A DNA stretch of 63,401 nt, filler included, from Pirum gemmata (taxonomy: Eukaryota): the NCBI GenBank assembly GCA_002812295.1. It is 17 parts of 17 records of this genome, joined end to end, with 100 filler letters (N's around TTAATTAATTAA, not from the genome) between each part and the next. Parts side by side here need not be neighbours in the genome. Positions count along the whole stretch, not along the records: positions 35,358 to 38,662 come from PDIN01002827.1; positions 38,763 to 42,818 come from PDIN01002828.1; positions 42,919 to 46,258 come from PDIN01002829.1; positions 46,359 to 49,672 come from PDIN01002830.1; 13 more parts are not named here. One strand, written 5' to 3'. The position numbers and the translations under genes are program-made. The notes under the pieces were generated by a model. It was not told the origin of the DNA. It ran no database searches and was given only the letters and a program-made list of their open reading frames with translations. This document shows, piece by piece, positions 36,008 through 48,661 of the stretch. Positions within the stretch are counted from its first letter, which is position 1. Each line of letters begins with the position of its first letter.

Positions 36008-38301
36008 CTACATGTGAAAGTGAAATATGTGGAGACAACACAATTGACGTTGGTGAAGAATGTGATGATGGTAATAATCAAAACAATGATGGATGTTCTG
36101 CAGCATGTAAAACGGAATCTTGCGGTGATAACGTTCAACAAAGTAATGAACAATGCGACGATGGAAATACTGAAGATAATGATGGCTGCAGTAGTACCTG
36201 TCAAACTGAAACATGTGGCGACAATGTGCAACAAACCAACGAACAATGCGATGATGGCAACACCAATAATGGTGATGGTTGTGATTCTAATTGTAAAACT
36301 GAAGCTTGTGGTAATGGTATTGTTCAATCAGGAGAACAATGTGACGACGGCAATACTAATGACAATGATGGTTGCAGTTCTACTTGTCAAACAGAACGTT
36401 GTGGTGATAGCATTCAACAGAACAATGAACAATGTGATGATGGAAATACAGTTAACAATGATGGATGTAGTAGTACATGTCAAATAGAAAGTTGTGGTGA
36501 TAATATTCAACAAGATAATGAAGAATGCGATGATGGAAATAATGTAGATAACGATGGTTGTCATAACTGTAAAATAGAAAGATGTGGTGATAGTATTATG
36601 CAAAGTAATGAAGAATGTGATGATGGGAACATTGTTAACAATGATGGTTGTTCATCTCATTGTATTATAGAGCGTTGCGGAGATAATGTTAAACAGATTG
36701 ATGAACAATGTGATGATGGAAATAGTAACAACAACGATGGCTGCTCTGCATCGTGTAGAATAGAATCTTGTGGTGATGGTGTTGTTCAAACTGGAGAAGA
36801 ATGTGATGATGGTAATACTAACGACAATGATTCCTGCAATAGTCAATGTAAAACAGTTATACCACCATCAACTACTAGCGAAACAACAACTCCAACAGAA
36901 ACCACACCTCCAACCACTACTAGCGGAACAATAATTCCAACAGAAACTGCACCTCCAACAGAGTGTGATGGTTTAGTATTTAAAATGAATGGAAACGAGT
37001 TAACACCAGGTCAAAATTTGGATATAGGAATGGGACCAGTACAGATAGCAATTGAATCATCAGGGCCAATAGACAGTTTGGATGTATCATCTACGGGTAA
37101 TAATATCTTTGTTTCTTCATGTTCTGTTCAAGCTCCAGGTAGTGTTTACGTTTCTGGTTTAGTAGGTCAAAGTTCTATTGGATCTATCGTATTTAGTCAA
37201 GGAGCATGCAACATTCAATTTAACATTGATGCCAGACACCAGCATGGCTATTGTAAATCTTATGGTGACCCCCACACACGCTCCCTTGACGGTAAATTGT
37301 TTTCGTTTGGTGGTTACGACCGAGTTATTATTTACGAAGCTAGTGATTGGAGAGTACTGGGTGAACATTATATTATTAATACTGGTGGTAGTGTTATTGG
37401 TGGTGTGAGCAACGATCCAGCAACTTATAGCGCAATAGCTCTTCAATATAAGAACACTGTTTTGAATTTTCAAGCCGAAGGATTCAGACTTAGAATTACC
37501 ACCGTAGATGGAGCTAAAAGAGAGAAAATCTGTATGAGAAAAGAGTGGGGTTATTATTATTTTAATTTCCCAGATGGAACTTTTGCGAAAATTCAATATA
37601 CCAGTGATACTGCACTCTCCGTCTATCTAAGTCCGTCTGCGACACAAAAAGGCACTGCTACTCGTGGGGTTTGTGGCAATTGGGATGATGATGCTTCTAA
37701 TGATGGGCTAACCCCTTTGAATATCATTCATAAATTTCAAGCGACAAATTATCCAAGTATGGGCAGTGTTGTTTCGTCTAGTTATCCATCCGGTATTAAT
37801 AGACTGCAATGTACAAGTGTAAATCAGCCAACGGAGATGTGCTCTTCATTAGGAGAAAAATGGAGTCCCATGGGACCAGGTCCAGGAGGAGAATCAGTTG
37901 GTATACCCCCAGAATGCGATGGTTGTGAAGGTTGTAAATGGGTTGGTGTAGCTCAAGGTTGTTATCCGTTCTGGAGTCAAGAAGAGTGTGATCGTTATGA
38001 TGAATACGTATGGTGTAGAACTGTTCCCGATCGTATACCTTACCCTCCACCAGCACCTCCGGCGGGAACAGATGCAGGCTGTTACAGTGCTATTAAAAAT
38101 GATGCAATGGTTATAGAACTTAAACAAAATGGCTGTCTGTCTGACGCTGATGTTGAAAAATTAATCAACGATTGCTTCTATGATAATATTTTTATGACTA
38201 ACGTAACTTACGCTTCTAGTTATGTAGAGAATATACAAGATGAATGTTTAGGTCCTGTCAATATTTACAATAAGGATACGACAAACGTTCGTTCTAATTA
38301 A
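36008..38301 (+). CDS. Terminal exon: 9 Myxococcus-type Cys-rich repeats (DUF4215-like), Thr/Pro linker, VWD domain, Cys-rich tail
   Basis: The frame of ORF 36226 stays open back to the acceptor tatacag (36007). CGD..E(E/Q)CDDGN..DGCS..C-type repeat x9; VWD motifs CKSYGDPHTRSLDG and TRGVCGNWD. Confidence 0.88.
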
Positions 38302-39189
38302 CTAATTTGTCTATTTTAATTTTACAAATTAAAATTAAATTAAAATTAAACATAATATTTTATAAATAAACTTTTTCGAATAAATAAATTTAATTAAAAT
38401 TTAAGTATACATTGTTTTACCTTTTTTACAAAGTATTTTTTTTGGAAATATCAAAATTATAAAACAAATATGATTAGTATATAATAATAATATAATAATA
38501 ACGAGAATAATAATAAATAATTTTAAAATAATATTAATAGTATTAATAGTATAATACTAATAAGAATAAAAACAATAATAAAAACAATAATAATCAAATT
38601 TAATAATAATAATATATAACAACAAATAACAAATAACAACCAACAAATAACAAATAACAAATNNNNNNNNNNNNNNNNNNNNNNNNNNNNNNNNNNNNNN
38701 NNNNNNTTAATTAATTAANNNNNNNNNNNNNNNNNNNNNNNNNNNNNNNNNNNNNNNNNNNNTTATTATTATTATTATTATATTTATACTTGTTTACCAC
38801 TTCCACAAGTACAATGTCGAAGTTTGCATTTTGCGCACTTGCCAGAGCCAGATAGATCACTGGTAAACCCAGCTGAAACCAAAATGTAAACAATATAAGG
38901 TTTCAATGATAACAGGTAAGAGAAGTGTAATTAACACACAGAAGAATGAAGTGTTTACAATATAATACATCACGCTAGTATAGGAGAGCGTATGACCCCA
39001 TAATGGGTTTATAACAATAATTTGTAACAAAGTTTTAATTCGTTGCTGTGCAAATCGATTATTTTTTCGTATCAAATGGTGTATGGGAAAATCATACATT
39101 ATTTGTGACTCAATAAGTACTAAAAAAATAACCAAGGAAAATTTAGAAAAGACCAAAATAAGTTATAAGATTGTTAAAGCATAAGGCCG

Positions 39190-39430
39190 AAATATGTTAC
39201 AAAACGTATAAGTGACTGATCAAGTACTAAAAGAATACAAAGAAAGAAAGGGTTTAAAAATACCAAAATGATTTATGAAAACTGTAAAGTGAATATATTC
39301 GCAAATACCTGGCTGGGCTGTAGACATCATTGGGTCACTTATTTGAAAAGGAGTTTATACGTATATGATAATAGTGATATTGTCGTCACTATTTGTTATT
39401 TTGTATTTCCTACGCACAGTGCAAAAGTTC
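39190..39430 (+). pseudogene. Degenerate retroviral-type (Ty3/gypsy-like) integrase relic
   Basis: Frame reads IPGWAVDIIGSLI*KGVYTYMIIVILSSLFVILYFLRTV, resembling the rve core start (W..vDiiGpl..g..YilvivD.fsk); contains stops. Confidence 0.35.
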
Positions 39431-39568
39431 TGTGCGTTTGTAGATATCGAAATATCTATTTGTAGTAAAAAAATTATTGAAAATTCATGAAGAAACAAAC
39501 AACGACAAAACGAAAAAAAAANATTTTCCAACACACGGAAAAATGAGAAATGAGATAAAAAATAATAA

Positions 39569-39663
<95 letters not shown>

Positions 39664-40333
39664 TTTAGTATTAGTATTAGTGGTATTAGTAATATTAATA
39701 GTAATAGTAATAAAAAAAGCAATTTAAAATATATACAAGTTATTTGCCACGTAAAATCAATAATTTTTAATAAATGAAAAAAATAAATAATAAATGAAAT
39801 ACAACGTATATATAAATTATAAAAAGTTACGTATTGTTATAAAAATATATCGTATATAAAAAAATGAGTTTTCTGGTGGACGAACTAAAATAGTTACTAA
39901 AACTATCAAACTATCTAGTGGCTACTCAAAGCTCTACTCAAGGTAGCTAGAGTGTAGCTAGCTAGCTAGCTACTACTAGCTAGTATTGTGCTTTTCATTT
40001 ATTTTGTCACTCATAATATTTATTTGGTTGTTTATAATATTTAAATTGATACTTTTAAATAAATAAACATATCATAAAATATACCAAATTAAATTAAATG
40101 GATTTATATTGTATTAATTTGGTACTCTTTATTTTATATTTTATGATGGCAAAACTACTGAAAAGCACGATAGTCTTGAGCTAGCTAGCTAGCTAGCTAT
40201 AGTAGCACAACTCCACATTACATATACTGTGCCGTCTCAGGCCCGTCTGTGCACTTAGTATAGTCTACTTTAGTATCCGAGAGACAAAAAATGCCTCAAA
40301 AATGCCATGAGACAGAATAGTCTAGCTAGCTAG

Positions 40334-40568
40334 AGGAGGGGTGAGAACTCTTATGGCGAACTTTTTTGACCGAGGCACAAAGTAAATGTTGTTCGCCTGT
40401 TTCGCCTTACCATATTTAGTATTTGTAGTTATTTATTTAGTAACTACCTATTTAAGTAGTTACTTTAAAAAGAGTTTATTATACTATTTATAGTAACTTT
40501 AGGCAAATTTCTGGAAGTTCGCCGGTCCGAGCATCCAATTGGTAAGATGACGTCATCTCATCCCTCCT
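40334..40568. mobile_element. TIR element AGGAGGGGTGAGA...TCTCATCCCTCCT (possibly hAT-like)
   Basis: 13-bp near-perfect IR; related terminus taggggtgagatgacgtca at 9506 and 9746; no TSD found. Confidence 0.45.
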
Positions 40569-40951
40569 GTCATTGTGTAAGTGCTGCGGCTGCTGTCACA
40601 GTCAATGAGATAGGCTAGAGCTCGGTGAACCAATTGGCGTGCAGAATACAAAACAACGTTTTTGTCGAATAATGAAGATGTATTTTTTTTTATAGCATTT
40701 TTTAGCATTTTTTTGTGGGTCAACCGTCAAGTTAGTGTCAAGTTTAGGTCAAGTTTGTTTTTAATTTGTAAGTTTGATCAATTGTGAGTCTGTGACCACT
40801 GATTGTACAGGAATAAAATATACGTTTACGTCATTTTTGAAGATTGACGAATTTATTTTTAGGTTACTCTTTATTATTAGTTTATTTTGATAGGTTTACA
40901 CAGCTGCTCTCAGTCTCACAATCTAAAATAATTGGTAGATATGACATCTAT

Positions 40952-42075
40952 GGTTAGGGTTAGGTTTTAAAAAATCTAAAGGGTTAGGGTTAGGGTTAGG
41001 GTTAGGGTTAGGGTTAGGGTTAGGGTTAGGGTTAGGGTTAGGGTTAGGGTTAGGGTTAGGGTTAGGGTTAGGGTTAGGGTTAGGGTTAGGGTTAGGGTTA
41101 GGGTTAGGGTTAGACTAATTTATAAACCTGATAGACCCTAATCCTTTCTAGACCCGACCACTCCCAAACTTTATTTAGCACCCTTGCCCTACAGCTAGCT
41201 ACTAGCTAGACCCCCAACCACACTACTAGCTAGCTAGCTAGATTAGACCTGTGGGGTCTACACCACACAACTAGCTAGATTAGATCTGGGGAGTCTACAG
41301 ATTTTAATTAAATTTTGTTCAATACCCTAACCCTAATAACCCTAACCCTAATAACCCTAAGTTGTCCCTAACCCTAACCCTAACAACCTTTAAATTTGCA
41401 TTAACCCTAGACCACACTAGATTCTTGGGGTCTACAGATTTTGTACAATACCCTAACCCTAATAACCCTAACCCTAATAACCCTTACCCTAACCCTACTA
41501 ACCCTAATCCTAACTATAACAACCTTTAAATTTGCACTAACCCTTGATCAGGGTTTACAGATTTTGTACAATACCCTAACCCTGATAACCCTAACCCTAA
41601 CCCTAACAACCTTTAAATTTGCACTAACCCTAGACCACACTAGAATAGACCTGTCTACAGATTTTGTACAATATCTTAACCCTAATAACCCTAACCCTAA
41701 CAACCTTTAAATTTGCACTAAGTGCTAAAGTTAATTATAAATATTATATTATATATTACCTGCCGTTTTGGGATTAAGGTTATCTAGAGTTAAGGAAGAC
41801 TGTTGGGGGCTGTTTGAATTATTAAGGTTAGTGTAGCTAGCTAGGGTTAGTACAAATTTAAATGTTGTTAGGGTTAGGTTAGGGTTAGGATGAAGTAATT
41901 AATTATGACAATGAATAACACGAAAGACATAGAAACATGTACAACACTATAATAAAATATAAAGTGCTAAAGTTAATTTTATTGGGATTAAGGTTATCTA
42001 GGGTTAAGGGAGACTGCTAGGGAGACTGTTTGAGTTAAGGTTAGTCTAGCTAGCTAGGGTTAGTTCAAATTTAAT
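40952..42075. repeat. (TTAGGG)n 40982-41112, then ~4 tandem 110-135-bp CCCTAA-laced units (41297-41720) and inverted relatives (41770-42075)
   Basis: Unit acagattttgtacaataccctaac...aacctttaaatttgcactaaccc; reverse form gggttagtacaaatttaaatgttgttagggtt at ~41844. Confidence 0.85.
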
Positions 42076-42979
42076 TACTTCATATTATTCCAGTTAACCA
42101 ACATAGTGGGCTTGGTATTTAAATTATAAGAAAACATTTAAAGAACTTTTTATATTGTTCTTGTAGATTAATTCATATATTATATATAATGCAGACATTT
42201 TTTTAAACCACGCACGTTCGAAAATGATTTTTTCAATCCAAATTACATTTCAATACAAGATATATTATATTTTAACTTTAATTTTATTTATTTAAAATTA
42301 ATAATTTATTTTATTCATTTATTTAGTAAAATAATTCATTTAAAATATTAATTTATTGAATGATTTAATTAATTTAACTAATTTAATTAATTTAATTAAT
42401 TTAATTACATTCCATGGTATGCAACAGAATCTGATAAAGGGTTTTAAAAAAAAGATCAGGGTAAATTTTAAAGTTTTTTACTAACCCTAACCCTAACCCT
42501 TATATAATATGTATCCTCCTAGCACAGCCAGGGGTCATCTTTTGATTACTGGTTCATTAAAATTAAAATTTTTATTAAAATTGAGCATGGAAGAATATTG
42601 CTAATAAACGATTATGGGCTAAATGATGAACCTTTCTTTTCCATGTTCCGTATATGTAAAGTTTTTTGTTGAAAATCAATACTTTACTTTGTTATTGTTG
42701 TGGTTATGTCATATGTTTTAGATGACAGTATTAGCCACGTCATATATGTGTTGTTCTATGTTTACGTTTACCACTTGAGCATGTATAATAACCTCCCCCC
42801 CCTCCGAAAAAAAAAAAANNNNNNNNNNNNNNNNNNNNNNNNNNNNNNNNNNNNNNNNNNNNTTAATTAATTAANNNNNNNNNNNNNNNNNNNNNNNNNN
42901 NNNNNNNNNNNNNNNNNNTATAATATTATATTTTAATAATAATAATAATAATAAAAATATAATGGTATAATATTATATT

Positions 42980-43024
<45 letters not shown>

Positions 43025-43107
43025 TAATAAAATTATAACTAACTAATAGTTAAATAATAACAATGATAATAATAATAATAATAATAAACTGGATGAAAGT
43101 TAGTTAC

Positions 43108-45651
43108 CTGCAATATTCGGTATTTTAATAGGACTGGATGCATTTGGATTTAGTAAAGACGGTAATAAATCAAGAAGTAAACAACCAATGAAACTTGTTG
43201 GACTATTAATAGGCAAACCCGCATCATGATTCATAACTGAGAATGGTCCAGAATTAAATTTAGCATTACTCAAAACAGTATTTTTGTTAAGTGTGACCGG
43301 AAAGTGATATTGTACTCCAGCTAAATCTATATTTACTGTTAAACTTCCGTCCTGTTTCCAAGTTGTTTTTCCTTTACAAATACGAATATAGGGAGAAAAG
43401 CTTGTTATTAAGTTTTAGAATATACAGTGTTAAGTTTACTGGCACTCTTTAATGATTATTGATTGATATAATTCGTAATTCGTATTTATAATATGTATAA
43501 TATGTATATAGGTATCTAGCTGCTTAAAATTTAAAAGTAAATGATTAAAACGATAAGATAATGATTACCTGTTGTAAGAGGTTCAAGTGCCATTAAATTA
43601 AAATTATTTAAAAGAAATCTCATTCTATCAAAAATTTTAATAGTAACGTTGATATTTTCCACTATTCTCAAATCTCCTTGTTTGTTATTCAAACTCATCG
43701 CAGGAATAGCAATTCTTCCCCAAGGGGTTGTATTGCCAGGGTTATCCTTAGGACCATAAAGATCAACATAAGATTCAGATAACCCACCTATGTTAATAAT
43801 TTGTTCAAGAAATTAAAGATATATATTAATAAAATTAAAAAGGTAACATGTAAATATATCATGTTTACGCCTATGCATGTATATATGTATGTATATTTGT
43901 ATGTATATGTTTATGACATTGTATATATGTATGTATATGTATATGTATATGCATATGTATTTAATAATGAATGGTGTATTTTATAAACAAGTTCAATTAT
44001 ACACTTTTAAACAGTACCAAATTAAACATTGAGAGGACAACTTATATATTTGTATGTATGTATGGATGTATATCTGTATATATGTATGTATGTATATCAG
44101 ATTCTATATATATGTACATATGTATGCATGTATATTTGTATGTTTGTATATCTGTATACCTTTGAGAAAAGATGGGATTTTGTCCATTGTAACTGTCATA
44201 CTTCCTTGAACAGATGCTGGATTGAAATTGGAGCAGGACTCCATTTCCAATGAATTAAAAAACTGTTGCCAAGTCATTAATCCTATATTCTGCAAAGGAC
44301 ACCCATTTGCACATATAAGAAATGCCAACATTTGATATGGGCCCGAAGTTGGTCTTTCAAATAAGATGTCTAAAAAAAAAGGTAACAAAGTAAGCGTTAA
44401 ACATTAGTTTACATACCGATATCTACATTTACATAATAATATTTAAAATATTAATGTTACAAAACCATGGTGAAAACCATTTTTAATAAATTACTTAAAT
44501 TTTAAATGATTGCAAGATTATTATTAGCTTCAGTTTCAAGTTGAAGAATTAAAGACTTATAATTACCTAAAATAGGGCTGATACATCCCAAAACATCTTT
44601 AACTCGAGAGTTAAGAAAAGTTTGTTTATCTGCAAGTGAACTATTTTTGCATAGCCCAGCGAACATTGGTAAATATGTTGCGTAATGCTCAGCTTCAACG
44701 CTTCCAGGAACTACATCCCAACTTTGTATTGCCATGCTTGGCACAGCGAGAGTCGAATCGTTTACTGAACTTTGTGTTACTATATATATTTAAATATGAA
44801 ATTATGTAAGAAAAAATATTAATATGACATCCATAACTATAACAAGGTCCATGAAAGTGTCTTTCAGTAGTTAGATTAATATAAGGTTATTATAAAGTTC
44901 CTTTTATTTTGTTTTGGTAACTTAGGGACTCTTAAGGTTATGGTTAGGGTTACGGTTAATAAGGTTAGGGTTTGGGTTAATATACAACACATTATAAGAA
45001 CGATTTAAAAAAAAAGTAAACATTGTATGATGCTTATAATGCTATGTTATGGTTATGGGTAGGGTTAGGGTATTTATTTAAAAACATCAATTAATGGTTA
45101 AACAAAACAAACTTACAACCCTAAACTACAACCTTAACCCTAACCCTAACCTAATACAAACTCACCAACATCAAAAACACAATACCTTGTGGAAGAATAA
45201 CGTATAGCAAAATTGGTACAAGTATTGCTAAAAGAATACATGATATTACAAAACCAAGAAGACAATAAAATGGGCAACGAGCCATGCCACCCCAACAACA
45301 TCTAAATAAAAATATTGTTATAAAATAATATTAATTAACGGTATTAAATTGATATTAATATTATTAGTATTAGAATTATAAAATTAAGTAATAATTATTA
45401 TTATTATTATTGTAAAAATATTATCTTTATTATCTTTATTATCATTATTATTGTTATTTATTATTTATTATTTATTATTTATTATTTATTATTATTATTA
45501 TTATCGTTATTATTATTATAAGATTATTACCTTTTTCTTCTAGCGAACTTTCTTGAAATCAACCCTTCTTTTTCTGATTGCTCATTGTACTGTTTATATA
45601 TTAGTAATGATGTTATTAACGACGATTATATATAATATCGTAGAGGTTTTA

Positions 45652-45682
<31 letters not shown>

Positions 45683-46097
45683 TAATAATGATAATGATAT
45701 ATAATGATAATGATGATGATAATGATAATGATAATGATAACAGTTAAAATTTTATATTACCAATGATATATTATACATTAATTAATAGAATAATAACTGT
45801 ATAGTAATAATAATTGTAATAATAATATATAGTAATAATAATATATGAAACACAATAATAGTATAAAATAATAGTTTACGTAATTATATTACTAAGATAT
45901 ACTAATAATGATAATGATATTATAATACATGTTGAAATAATAAAAGTTGGACTAACAATAAATAATAATAATAGCCATACTTATAATATTAAAACATTGT
46001 TGATTAACAATGATTTGTAATGATAAGAAGAACTTACATTTTTATCCAATTCAGAATTTTCTATTCCTAAATCAGATTTATCAAAGTTTTTACTCAT
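43108..46097 (-). CDS. DUF3712/Tag1-like single-pass membrane protein, 7 exons, 3' partial
   Basis: Exons 46097-46038, 45589-45531, 45301-45186, 44779-44567, 44369-44160, 43787-43569, 43371-43108 join in phase via GT-AG: MSKNF..RRKRCCWGG-TM-ILPQVTQSSVNDSTL..PWGRIAIPAMSL..NVTIKNFD..VTLNKNTVL. Gene structure is solid; the family call is by motif resemblance. Confidence 0.75.
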
Positions 46098-47008
46098 GTT
46101 GAACTATCGTTTGTTTTTACGCAGTTAAATTGAAATTCAAAGAAATAATAATAATAAAAATGTTTTTTTTTTTATTTTAATAAAAAAAAGTTGTAAATAA
46201 AGCTATACTTTATTCACTTGCTTTATGTTTTCTTTTTTTAGTTTTTTTTTTTTTTTTTNNNNNNNNNNNNNNNNNNNNNNNNNNNNNNNNNNNNNNNNNN
46301 NNTTAATTAATTAANNNNNNNNNNNNNNNNNNNNNNNNNNNNNNNNNNNNNNNNNNNNCCACTACTACCACTACTACCACTACTACCACTTCTACCTACT
46401 CTTTACTACTACTACTACTACTACTACTACTACCACTACTACTAACACTACTACCACTTCTACCACCACCACCACCACCACCACCATTACTACTACTACC
46501 ACTACTACTACCACTACAACTTTGTATTGTTCCTATAACTACTTCTACTGTGTACTATTTCTACTACCACCACCAACATTACCATACTACTACTACTACT
46601 ATTACTACTACTATTACTACCACTGCTACCATTGCTTTAACTACTTCTAGTACGACTACTACTGTGTACTATTTCTACTACTACTACTACTACTACGACG
46701 ATGACCACCGGCACCACCAGCACCATCAGCACCACCACACCAGTACAAGCACAAGCATCATCACACCAGCACCAGCACCATCAGCACCATCAGCACCACC
46801 AGCACCACCAGCACCACCAGCACCACCAGCACCACCAGCACCAGCACCAGCACCAGCACCAGCACCAGCACCAGCACCAGCACCAGCACCAGCACTACTG
46901 CTTTGTATTGCGATTGTAACTACTTCTACTACTACTTATACTACTGTGTACTATTGCCACTACCACCACCACTACTAATAAACCTAATGTGTGTTTATGT
47001 ATTAACAG

Positions 47009-47131
47009 TTACAAGATAACTCAGTGGAAGAACTAGAGCCTGTTGAAATTTTACCAGGGGACGTTGTGGAATGCTATACTACTGAAATTTTGAAAGAAAC
47101 TTTTAAATCACCCTTTCAAACAAAGAAGTAA
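47009..47131 (+). CDS. Terminal exon resembling the C-terminus of mitochondrial/bacterial-type translation initiation factor IF-2
   Basis: Acceptor attaacag, then LQDNSVEELEPVEILPGDVVECYTTEILKETFKSPFQTKK*; matches the IF-2 GD.(I/V)ECY ending. Confidence 0.5.
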   Translation, partial: LQDNSVEELEPVEILPGDVVECYTTEILKETFKSPFQTKK

Positions 47132-48159
47132 AACTTTTGTCTTTTTTACTTAAAAGGAATAGAAGACAAATATAATAGTGATAGTAATAGTAATAGTAAT
47201 AGTGATAGTGATAGTAATATAGTAATATAGTAATAGTAACAATAATAGTAATAGTAATAGTAATAATAATAGTAATAGTAATAATAATAGTAATAGTATT
47301 AATAGTAATAGTAATAATAATAGTAGTAATAGTAATAATAATAGTAATAGTAATAGTAATTACCCGACAAAAAATGCCGATTTTTGTCGGGAAAAAAAAA
47401 ATCTACGTGAAAATAATAATTGTAAAATCGTCTATTTCATTAGTTGTCCTCTCAATCTTTAATTTGGTACTGTTCAAGTGTATAATTGAACTTTTTTATA
47501 AAATACAACGTTAAGTATAAAATACCAAATTAATGAAAACATGTCTGATAGTTTAACCATAATAATAATTTGGTACGTTTATTTCAGTTTTTGAACTGGA
47601 CAACACTTGAAAAACACNAAACACTATTTTGTGCTTCAAAAAGAAAAAGAAAAGGTTATATTTTTTTTTAGCCTGCAAACCAGGTAAAACTGTAGAAATC
47701 TTTTTTTTTAGACTTCTTTTCTAAAAACCTTTAATGCTAACTAGCCAAATTATTTTTAAAAACTGGCCATTGGTTCATAATAGAGTTTTCTAAGTTGAAC
47801 TATTTCTAAAATTTTGACAGGACTTTTATTAAAATTGGAGCATTTTGTGATTTTTCGGATTTTTGAGCTCATATGGCTGATGTCGCACTTTTTATCCAGC
47901 TTTGCTGTTAAAAAAAAAAAAAAAAAAAAAATACACAAAATAGTCTATAGCTAGCAAAATATAATTGTCCTCTCAATATTTAATTAACTTGGTACTGTTT
48001 AAGTGTATAATTGACTTGCTTATAAAATACAACATTAAGTATAAAATACCAAATTGATTAAAACATGTCCGATAGTTTAACCATAATAATAATTTGGTAC
48101 GTTTTTTTCAGTTTTTGAACTGGACAACACTATTGAAAAACACGATAAGAGCTAGTAAG

Positions 48160-48439
48160 TAAGAGGCCTAATTAGTATGACGTCACCAAAATAAAATTTT
48201 GTCAGATGATACGAATGGTAAAGGAGAGGGGCAGCAAGATATTTAAAATAGTTATATTTATTATGGTGACGTCATACACATTCCCTTTTATTTTGAACCT
48301 CTAAATAAATTAGTCTTAACAAGACCAAAAAAAGAAAAAAAACAAAAAAAAAGTGGAAAGGGGTCGCTCTCGCCTTGGCCTTAACAAAAATAAAAAAATT
48401 GTTTCTTATTATGGTGACGTCATACGCATTAGCCTCTTA
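48160..48439. mobile_element. TIR element with ~35-bp IRs carrying TGACGTCA
   Basis: Left taagaggcctaattagtatgacgtcaccaaaataa; right ttattatggtgacgtcatacgcattagcctctta. Confidence 0.65.
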
Positions 48440-48661
48440 GGAATCATTCATAAAGTACGTCACCTAATCTTACTCATTGCCTCTTTGCCCAAAACACTTT
48501 CGGTCATTATTTTGAAGGTTTTTGCCCAAATTATTTTCAGTCATTATTTTGAAGGTTAATTTTTTAATAATTAATTACTGCCTTAAACTTAAGCAGTTTA
48601 AGTCACACTTTCGGGCAATGACTTCTATCAAAGATAAGTGACGTCCTTTATGAATGTTCCC
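48440..48661. mobile_element. PIF/Harbinger-like MITE family D (222 bp) with TTA target duplication
   Basis: TTA|GGAATCATTCATAAAGTACGTCAC...GTGACGTCCTTTATGAATGTTCCC|TTA. A reverse copy starts at 58361. Confidence 0.85.

Noticed and set aside
47363..47391. Perfect 11-bp hairpin CCCGACAAAAA/TTTTTGTCGGG (terminator or Helitron end)
   Set aside because: No downstream CTRR end and no second copy seen; intrinsic terminators do not apply to this nuclear context.
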